From positions 203,732,001 through 203,796,000 of the forward strand of contig OZ024743.1 in assembly GCA_964016885.1 (NCBI GenBank): 64,000 nt of DNA, read 5' to 3'. Position numbers and translations under genes: made by a program. This DNA is from Eledone cirrhosa. Its lineage: Eukaryota. The notes under the pieces were generated by a model. That model made no database searches and was not told the DNA's origin. It saw only the letters and a list, made by a program, of their open reading frames with translations. Below, in pieces: positions 54,101 to 64,000 of this stretch. Positions within the stretch are counted from its first letter, which is position 1. Each line of letters begins with the position of its first letter.

Positions 54101-57041
54101 GATGACCCGATACCGTTTGTCCATGTCCACATTGGCACATTCGGGTGATCCAGTCGATACCTGTCAGACAGTTCAAAATGTCTGAGCAGGTTGGTGAGGT
54201 TCTTGCACCCTTCTCCCCTATCCACTAGCCCCACACGATCCCAGCGTGCATCCAAGATACCGTTCCAGTCGCCCACTAACACTAAAGAGCGGGACGTTCC
54301 AAGAAAGGTCTCTAGACGTCTGAAGAAATCTGGCCGTCCTGCCCCTGTTGGGGCGTAGATGGCTACTAGCCTGAAAGCATTGCCTTCGCTGCCGGTCACG
54401 TCCAGCACCACCGACTTACCTTATGGGTCTAGGAAGATGGCACGTATCGCGAGATCCAAGCCTCTCCGAAAAAGGACGGCAACCCCTCCCCCGATCCTGG
54501 ACTGCTGGGAGATACGTATACATGGTAGCCGACGAAGATCGGCGTGAAGGCCTGTGATTCGGAGATTCTGGTTTCATTGATGGCCAGGTGACCCTGCTTC
54601 CAAGATGACCCCAGGCCACGTGCATTTATACTGCCTATTCTGAGTACAGCCATGTTGGATGAGAAACGGGGCAAGTGAGAAAGGATCACTTACCTTGTTC
54701 GTGTGGTGAAGGGACAGTAGAAGCGTCCCTTGTGCTGGTCATGGGTGTTTCCAAGAGGATGTCAGTGTATATCCTCTTGGCAACCGCCCCTCTGAAGTCT
54801 CCAACTGCGTTGGGGAATTTTTGTTTTAAAGGTTTGTACTGTTCTATTGAAATTTCGATGATGCTTATGTTTGTCAGGAGAGTTCTTGGTGTTGGTGGGG
54901 TGTAGTAGTTTTTTTCTGTGACGTCTGTGTGCTGCTTTATATATTGTATGAGTTCTTTTTTTGCCATGTTTATGGCTGTGTACTTTTGGGGGGAGGGGTG
55001 ATTTTGTTGCTGTTTTCTTCTTGTTGCGGTTTGGTGTGTGTGTCTTGTTGTGTTTGCGTTGTTGGTGTTTGTGGTGGCGATGGTGGTGGTGTTGCTGCAA
55101 GTTTCCTTGCTGCCTTTACCCCTCTTTGTATGCCTTCGCTGTTGGAGGGTGAATCTAATGTTTTTTTTTGTTTTTTGTTTTTTGTGGCAGACTGTTTGCC
55201 ACGTCACTCCCGCCTCAAACTCCATGTCGGATTCTGTGGCGTCTGGGAGGGGTATGTGCTCCACTGCCGTTGGTGGTGGTAGTGGAGCCTCTTCGGCAAT
55301 TTTGTTGCTGGTGTAGCTACTTCAAATGTAGCTATTGGTGTTGCCGCTACTGATGATGCTGCTTTAGTTATCCGTGGACTTGGTACTGGTGCTACGGACG
55401 TTGCCCTCCTACTCACCGTGGAAGGGGCTTCTTCGTTTGTTGCCTGCCCTGCTCTTGGCAGCAGCGGAGCAGGTATTGGAAGGAGGGGGGCCTTCTTCGC
55501 TGTCTTCTGCGGGTAAAAGGCCCTGAGGTGACCCTTCGACCCACAGAGATAACATTTTGGCCGTCTTCCTTCTACACTTATAGGGAGTTGGAGTCCTTCC
55601 TCGATGTCTATGATATCGGGGATAGCGTCGATACATTCCTGGTCAGTTTGTATAAGCATTTACATGCCTATACCTGACCAGTTCTCTCTCCCTATTTGTT
55701 CTACTTGCAGCATGGTCGCTCTGTTCTCGATTCCTGCAAGGAGAGACGCGGCCAGCCAAGGTATGGGCACGTCGGGTGAGACCTGGGTCACACGAACCTC
55801 ACAATTTTCTTCCCGCAGTAGGAGGGCACCAAGACTATCTCCTCACTCTTTAGGGTTTCCAAAGAGTGAGACTTTGCTTCCTGGGGTGTGGCGAAAAGTA
55901 CGTCTACTGTGGCGTACTTTCTGCCTCGGGTGATGTGGGTTTTGCCGGCCCAGACGCACCCCAAGGCCTTTTGGATTTGAGCCTCCGTGGCACTCTTTAT
56001 TCGATGTGAGATTTTACTTACGGTGCGGTAAGTCAGCGTCTGTAGCTGCTGGTCCTTGAAAAAATCTGGTGGAGTGTTCAGGGAAACTCTATTTGTGCTT
56101 CTTGTCACCATGGCCCTTGCGACTGCCATCTCCTCCACTGTGACTAACACTGTCTCGATATTTCGGGCGACACCTGCAAAAGAAGTGGTCCCTTTTTCAG
56201 CAGCACCACTATTGCTGCCGCTACTGGTCTTACTGGTGGTGATGAGATCGCTATTACAGGTATCGGTGTCATTGTTGTTGTTTTCGTTGGTACAGTTGTT
56301 GGTGTTGTTGTTTTCGTTGATACTCTTGCTGTTGTTACTGTTATTGTGGCTGTTGTTATTATTGTTGTTTTTGTTGATACTGTTCCTACTATTATTGTTG
56401 TTGTGGCTGTTGTTATTGTCATTGTTATTGTCGTTCTCGACCTTACCGCTGTTATTTTTGTTATTGTCGTTCTCGACCTTACCGCTGTTATTTTTGTTAT
56501 TGTCGTTCTCGACTTTACCGCTGTTATTTTTGTTGTTGCTGTTGTTATTGATGGTGTTGTTGTTGGTGTTGTTGTTGGTGTTATTGTTGGTGTTGTTTGT
56601 GTTAGAAATATTTGTTAATTTTAAATCTGTAACAATCTTTTTTTCCTTTGTAATATTTTCGTTTGTATTTCCTTTGTAATATTTTCGTTTGTATTTCCTT
56701 TGTAATATTTTCGTTTGTATTACCTGGAACGCTGTCTTGTTGACATGCTGATAAAGTCTCTCTCTCTCTCTCTCTCTCTCTGTTGTCTGACAGCGTCTCT
56801 CTCTTTCTTGTGTTATCCATGTTGAAATTTTTCAAAAAAAACATGTTTACACAAATACGAATACGAATACGACACCCTGTAAAGGGGTGCGGTATTATTT
56901 ACTAGTGAACCCCTGTATGAGGTGGGTCACTTCTTCTAAACTTTTATTAAATGTAAAACTTGAATAAAAGGTTTAGAACGGTTGAAAACGAGGTAAAACG
57001 TTGAAAAAAAAACTGGAGGCGATAAGAAGCGTGGCTTCACC
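51131..57041 (-). mobile_element. Tx1-like LINE copy 4 (family C), full-length, frameshifted
   Basis: ORF1 ~56820-54686 (CYLCGSKGHLRAF). ORF2 from 54653 with AYADD and CPRCAHSEETVVHALVQC. Confidence 0.9.
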
Positions 57042-57058
57042 AACAATAATAATAATAA

Positions 57059-57117
57059 TTGTTTCTACTTTGGCACAAGGCCAGCAATTATCCAGTGCAT
57101 TACTGGTACTTTATTTT
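57059..57117 (-). mobile_element. SINE-A 3' fragment between copies 4 and 5
   Basis: TGTTTCTACTTTGGCACAAGGCCAGCAATTATCCAGTGCATTACTGGTACTTTATTTT, flanked by (AAT)n. Confidence 0.85.
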
Positions 57118-57126
57118 AATAATAAT

Positions 57127-60100
57127 GCTTTCTTTATTAACCACAAGGGTTTACACAAAGTAGACATTAAGGACAGTACAGGACAATACAGGACGATACA
57201 AAAGGGCATTTCTGCTTGTAAAAAAACAAAAAACAGAGGATGTAATAATAGAACAATGAAAAAATTCCCCAATAAGGGGGAGACTTCCGGGGGACTTTCG
57301 TTGAGAAAGCCCATTAAAAAGCCACAGTGACCCTGACCACCAGAGCAAATGCCTCTCCCAGTTTTCCATCTTTAATTTACAGACACAGACTCAGAGTAGG
57401 CCCATTCACTCGGGCCATTCTCGCTTCTCTCACCCATCTTTCAACAAAATGCTGGGAAGAGAGCACTTCCCTCTCTACCCTGATTTTCCTTTTCAAATGA
57501 AATTTGAAAAAGTTAATCAGGGCATCACCGAAGAGGTAAGTGCTCGTCTTCAGCCCTTTCAAGCGTGTCCACCATACTATCTCTTTCGCCATGGCCACCA
57601 GACAGATAAAAACTGCCTGCCCTTCCCGGCTAAAAGAATAGGGCGGGGCATCCTCACGATGGACTCAGCTGATAGCCGGATCCGTCCTACACGCGACAGC
57701 AGGTGTTCGACATAAACCCACAAGTCAGCAATGCTCGGACACTAGACGAGTGCGTGCAGGACGATTTCGTCGCCCTGCGCGCATCTCCCATATGCCCGGC
57801 TGACGGCACCTCCATGCCTGTAGAGTTTATCCCGAACTGGCAAAGCTCCTCGGTAGCACTGCCAGGCCAGGGATTTCTGGAAGTTGTCCATAGGCCCCGG
57901 CCCGAAAGTTCTTCCGAAGGGATTGGCTAGTTGATTTTCGTCGACGCCTATAGTTTCCCGAAGTACGTCGTCGCTCTTCCCCTCCACTAATCCTCTATAG
58001 AACGCCAAGGTGGAGTTTCCACCGATCACATTGCCCGATTGGTCGAGGGCTGTGAGCGCCTGAAGACATTCCAATCTCCAAGCGCTCCCTCTCGGTCTTC
58101 CCTTGACCCAGGTCTGCAGCTCCGTCAAGGAGACGAGCTGGGGAAAGACGCGTCTAGCAAACGGCGACCACACCTGAGCAACGTCGAGGAAGAGGTGGAG
58201 ATGTCGTAGCCTGAGCGGGTGTCTGCGCATCATCAGCGACGGCATGCCCAGCCCTCCACGTAGCGGGTGTTGACAGCAGATAGACCGCCTGACCATCGGA
58301 GCGCGTCCCTTCCCCAAATAGCGAAAGAAGCAAACGCTTCAGCGCAGTCAGGCGGGGCTTAGGACAAGGTACGACAGTCAGGCGGTAGTAGATGACGGAC
58401 GCAATGTACGCGTTAGCCACCTCCGCATATGCTGTTACGGATCTTCCGCATCCTAGTTCGCGCGGGACCCCCTCAACAACTCCAGTTTGTGCAGTAATGG
58501 CTCGAGAGTCAATACGTACAAGAGGGACGAGAGGGAACATCCTTGGCGGACCGAGCGCATGATGTTGAACGGTTCCGAAAGGTGACCGTTCACTCTCACC
58601 ACAGAGCAGATGTCGCTGCGCATGGCAGCGATCCAGCCTCTGAAGACGGGCCCAAAGCCAGCCGCCCTCCGGACTGCCGCTAGGTAACGATGGTCGACCC
58701 TATCGAAAGCTTTCGACTGATCTGAATTGATCAAGGACCCACCTGTACCAGGTTCCCTAGCTACCCTCTCTACGATGTATCGCATGAGGTGGAGGTTGTC
58801 GTGGATGGATCTGTCGGGAATGGCACATATCTGCGCCTCTCCCAACAGACCACCAATGACAAGCGCCAACCTCTTTGCTAGCACCTTGGCCAAAATCTTG
58901 AACACTGTGTTTAGCAAAGTTATGGGCCTAAAATTATCTATGTTATCCCCCTTGTTCGGATCCTTTCTCAGCAGCGCCACAGCTCCTCGGCTCACAGAGC
59001 TGGGAATTCTCCCGTTCTGTTGCCAGTTGCAGTAGACGTCCGCCAAGAGGCCTCCAAACAAGTCTGGCATTTGTACGTAAAGTTCATAGGGCAGACCATC
59101 CAAACCAGGCGATTTACTCCTTGTGCATCCAGTCATTGCCTCCCGTGCTTCAGCGGCTGATATCGGCTTTTCGCAACACTCCTCCTCAGTGGCCGAGAGC
59201 CGCGGCAGTCCGTCGAGGTAGACACTAAAGTCCATCCCTCGATTCGGCCCGCCACTGCCCCCGAACAGTTGAGCGAAGTGTCGCTGAAAAGCTTCACACA
59301 TTTGCCCGGGATTGAGTAGCATGCGCCAGTCGTGGTCCATCAAAGACCGGGTCGTGGCTTTGTTGCCACGACGCGCCTCCGCCACTCGGGCCCATTGAAC
59401 GACTTTCGTCCCCTCGTGTTTGAGATCACGCACCCTAGCTCTGACAACGCAGCCTTCGTGCTTTGCATTGAAGAATTGGTCAAGGGCCAATTTCGCCGCA
59501 AGTACGTCGGTCGCGATGCTTTTGCTAAGCGCCTCGTCTAATTTTCTAATTAGTTCTCCCTCTGCTCTATTTTTCTATATAGCTAAAGCCTTATTAAACC
59601 GAATGGACACTATTCTAATCGCTCTTTTCAGAGCAAACCACCACTTGTTGTTAACGATGGCCCCTGTCAACGCCCGCTTAAAGTTCGCTAATCCGTGTCT
59701 GTAGGCCTTGCGCGCTGGTAAGGACGCGTTTAGCTTCCAGTAGCCGGGTCCTCGTCTATGAAGTCTATGTAACTCAAGCACACATATCACGAATTTGTGG
59801 TCCGTGTAGCTGACTATCTTGAATTGTGGACAGCCTATGCTATAACTATCTATTTCCCTACAAAATACTCTATCTAGATATGATCTGGATGACCCTATGC
59901 GATTTGTCCAAGTCCACATTGGCACATTCGGGAAATCCAATCGGTACCTGTCAGACAGTTCAAAACGCCTGAGCAGGTTGGTGAGGCTCTTGCACCCTCC
60001 TCCCCTATCCGCTAATCCCACACAGTCCCAGCGTGCATGTGAGATCCCGTTCCAGTCTCCCACTACCACTAAAAAGCGGGACGTTCCTAGAAAGATCACC

Positions 60101-62657
60101 AGACGCCGGAAGAAATCAGGCCGCCCTGCTCCTGTCGGGGCATAGACGTCCACTAACCTGAAAGCTTGCCCGTCTCCGCTGTCACGTACAGCACCTCCAA
60201 CTTATCTTCTGGGTTCAGGAAGATGGCCCGTATGGCAAGATCCAAACCTCTCCGAAAAATTACACCAACTCCTCCCTCCTATCCCGGACGGCTGGGAGAT
60301 GCGTACACATTTTAGCCGCCGTAGATCGGTGCGAAGGCCCGTGCTTCGGAGATTCTGGTCTCGCTGATGGCCACTACATCTATGTTTAGTGACCTGAGGT
60401 CGTTGAGCAGGTGGCCCTGCTTCCATGACGACCCCAAGCCACGCGCATTTATGCTGCCTATTCTGAGTGAGGTCATGTTGAAAAGGAGTGGAAAAGATGG
60501 GAAAGACCACTTACCTTACTTCTCGTAGAGGAAGGATGGTTTCTCCATCCCTTTTCACTTCATCGTCTGGTGAAGGGACCGTTGAATCGTCACTTCAGCT
60601 GGTCGTCGGCTCTTTTGTGAGTATATCCGAATATACTCTCCGGATGAGTGTCCCTCCTAGGTCTCTGAAATCACCAACTGCGTTGTGGAATTTCGTTTTA
60701 ATGTTTGTGTATTGTTTCTGTGCTATTCTTACCAGTCTTATGTTCGTTTTGTGTTTTGATTGGTGCTGGTATTATGTAGTCGTGCTGTGAAATGCCTGTG
60801 TGTTCAATTATGTAAGTCATTAGTTTCTTGTTGTGTGTATTTATTGCAGTGAATTTGTTTTTCTGTGGGTGCGGTTCCGCTATTTTCTTGTCGTTGTTGC
60901 TGGGTGTGTGTGTTTTGTTGTTGTGTTTGCCATCCCTCTCCCACCTCACACTCCATGTCCGAATCTGTGAGGTCGGGGAGGGGTACCAGCTCCACTATTT
61001 CACTTGTTGTTGGTAATGTTTGCAGTGGAGTTACTGTTGCAGCTGCAGTTGGTATTACTGTTGTTGTTAATATTTCCACTGCTGCTGCTGTTCTTGATTT
61101 CCGTGGCGTGGGTATGGGTGCAACGGAGCCATCCTTCCTGGTTGCCGCCTGTCCTGTTGCTGGTAGCAGTGGAGCCGGTTTCGGAAGGAGGATGGTTTTC
61201 TCCTTTCTCAGGGTCGTCTCATTGCAGAAGGCCATGAGGTGAGTCTTCGATCCACAGCGAAATCATTTCGGGCGTTTGCCCTCAACACTTATGGGCAGTT
61301 GAGTGCCGTTATCGAAGTCTATCACATCCGGGATAGCTTCGATGCACACCTGGTTGGTTTGGATTAACATCTCAATGGAGGTGCCGACCCAATTTTCTCG
61401 TACTTTTTTCTGTGTTTGTAGTACAGTTGTTTTGTCCTCGATTCCGACGAGGACAGACGCGGCCAGCCAAGAAGAGCCATCCCGGAGGGGGGGGGGGTCA
61501 GTTTAAGCCTCACAATTTTTTGCCCGCAGTAGGAGAGCACCAACACCATTTCCTCGTTCCTTGGGGTCACTAAGGATTGAGCCTTTGCCTCTTGGGGTGT
61601 GGCAAAAAGCACGTCCACGGTGGCATATTTCTTGCCTCGGGTGATATGCGTTTCCCGCTGCCACACAGACCCTAAGGCTTTTTGTATTTGAGCCTCTGTG
61701 GCTCTTTCAACCCTACGAGATTTTGTGCTTACTGTAGTGCTGTTGGGTTTCGAAAAAATTTTCGGCTGCCTTGCAGATTGCTCGGTGTCCGGTTTTCGCC
61801 ACCATCTTCTTTGCTTCCTGTAATTCTTCATTTGTTATAAGGATGGTTTCCAGGTTCTTTGCGATACCTGCAAACGAGATTGGTTTTCTTTCTTGTTGTT
61901 GTTGTAGTCGTCGTCAGAGCTGCTGTTACTTTTGTTGTTGCCGCTGGTACTACGACCGCCGCCGCCGCTGTTGCTGTGGTTGTTGTTGTTGTTGCTGCTG
62001 CTGCTGCTGCTGATGTTGTTGTTGCTGTTGTTGCTGCTGCTGCTGCTTGCTGCTGCTGTTGTTTATGCTGCTGCTGATGTTGTTCCGGCTGCTACTAGTG
62101 TTTTCCTTGTCACTGTTGCTGCTGCTGCCGTTATTACGGCTGCTACTGCTATTCTTCATGACGTCAGATGAATGAAATGGCTTTGCGTATTTACCGCACA
62201 CATTTTTCGTCGTTGTCGTCGTCGTGGAGGAATGTTCCACGGTATGCACGTTCTCTTGGTGAAAACTACCAGAAACTATATTTTTCTTTTTCTTTAAGGG
62301 CGTCGCTTGCGAAAGAAGCGACACCACATTTAGAGAAGGGAGGGAGAGAGACAATCTTCTCTCTGATGTAATTACGATTGAGGAAGAAGAAGACGGAAAG
62401 AGTGGGAGTGACTTGTGAACATTCTTTTTTATAGCCATGTTTTTTTTTTTACGGTTTAAAATGAATATTGGGCACAAAACCCCAATAAGCGGTTATTTAA
62501 CCCCGAAGGGCCATATAAAGGGCAGAAAGACTCCTCTCACGAGGAGGAGGGTGTTTTTATCTACAATTTAGTTCAAGTTTTAAACGATTTACAATTGTTA
62601 TAGCGGTTAAAAATTACTATACCTTACAGAGCCGCGCCTCCGTCAACCAGGGCATTC
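57127..62657 (-). mobile_element. Tx1-like LINE copy 5 (family A), intact ends, internal deletions
   Basis: Closely similar to copy 3 from the 5' UTR to the 3' end. A deletion removes the DD of the RT YADD motif. Confidence 0.9.
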
Positions 62658-62687
<30 letters not shown>

Positions 62688-62689
<2 letters not shown>

Positions 62690-64000
62690 TTTCATTTATT
62701 GGCCACAAGGGCCGACATATAGGGGACAATACAAAAGACTGGGACAGTGGGGTTTTACAGAAAAATCGAGTAAACAATATGAATAACAATAACAAAGTAA
62801 CAATAAAGTAACAATAAAATTACAACAAAAAATTCCCCAATAGGAGGGATGACCACCTAGGGTTCGCTCAGGTACCCCCACCAGTCCTGAACGACCCAAA
62901 GCCTCGAGAGCACCCCTCTCCTCTTCAAATTTACCTACCTACAGCCGCATGATCAGAGAAGGCCCACTCACTCGGGCCATTCCGCCACATTCACCCACCT
63001 TCAGCAAATGTACTGGGGGGCAGCACTTCTCTCTCCACCCTCACCTTCCTTTCCAAGTGAAACTTGAAAAAGTTGATGAGGGATTGGCCGAAGAGAAAAG
63101 TGTCTGTCTTCAGTCCTTTCAACCTCGTCCACCATACAACCTCTTTCGCTACTGCCACCAGACAGAGGAAAATTGCTTGCCCTTCCTGGCCAAAAGAAGG
63201 CGGCGGGTCGATCTTCACTATGGACTCGGCCGATAGCCGGATCCGTTCTACACGCGACAACAGCTGTTCAACATAACTCCACAAGTCAGTAATGCACGGA
63301 CACTGGACGAGTGCGTGCAGAACGGTTTCGTCGCTCTGCGCGCATCTCGGGCAGGTCCGTCTGACAGCACTTCCGTACCTGTAGAGTTTATCTCGAACCG
63401 GCAGTGACCCCCGGTAGCACTGCAAAGCGAGGGATTTTTGGAAATTACCCATCGTCCCCGGCTCGAAAGTCCTCCGGTACAGACTGGTTAGTTCGACTTC
63501 GTTGACTCCCAGAGCCTCTCCGAGTGCGTCGTCGCACTCGCCCCCCACTAATCCTCTATATAACTCGAAGTTCCACTAACCGCATTGCCCGCCTGGTAGA
63601 GGGCAGTGAGTGCCTGGCAACATTCCAGATGCCAGTCACCCAGTCTTGGTCTCTTCTTGACCCAGGACTGCAACTCAGTCAAAGAAACGAGCTGCGGAAA
63701 GACCCTTCTGACAAACGGCGACCACACCTGTTCACCGTTTAGGCAGAATATCTGGAGATGCCGCAGCCTCAGCGCGTGCCTGCGCATCATTAGCCACAGC
63801 ATGCCCAGCCCTCCACGTAGAGGGTGCTATCAGCAGATGGACCGCCTCACCAGCGGAACCTGTCCCCTCCACAAGAATTTGAAGAGGAGCCGCTCCAAGA
63901 TGGCGAGGCGCGAACGGGGGCAAGGGACGACAGTCAGACGGTAATAGATGACGGACGCGATGTACGCGTTCGCCACCTCCTCCCCACCTTTCAGTGATAG
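62688..64000 (-). mobile_element. Tx1-like LINE copy 6 (family B), cut by the window edge
   Basis: 3' UTR and ORF2 C-terminus (CPRCAQSDETVLHALVQC) closely similar to copy 2. Confidence 0.9.

Noticed and set aside
34465-64000. Plus-strand ORFs antisense to the LINE ORFs; LTR-retrotransposon interpretation
   Set aside because: The antisense ORFs are shadows of GC-rich coding sequence. APE-RT-CCHC order with no LTRs or integrase indicates non-LTR elements.

Overview
This is AT-rich eukaryotic (animal) DNA made almost entirely of repeats, and no host gene can be supported. The dominant tRNA-derived SINE resembles octopod cephalopod SINEs (from recall, unverified). The window has four zones. (1) 1-8.3 kb: (AAC)n and (GGT/GAT)n expansions with two 3' fragments of restriction-like-endonuclease (CRE-like) retrotransposons; the last codons of one have been amplified into a 26-bp minisatellite. 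(2) 8.5-23.5 kb: (TA)n/(CA)n microsatellites studded with Penelope-like element (PLE) pseudo-LTR hairpins carrying hammerhead motifs, plus one 5'-truncated PLE (RT + GIY-YIG). (3) 24-34.4 kb: a non-autonomous Helitron and many SINE copies, some stacked at a repeatedly reused target site. (4) 34.5-64 kb: a head-to-tail array of six co-oriented Tx1-like (L1-group) LINEs from several families, separated only by (ATT)n tracts, SINE 3' fragments and one Dong/R4-like fragment. The best candidate new system is an (ATT)n-targeting Tx1-like family whose tail recreates its own target. It has a partner SINE sharing a covarying 3' stem-loop (loop CUUGU), and an invariant GTAAGT splice donor at the ORF1 stop that may splice out ORF2.
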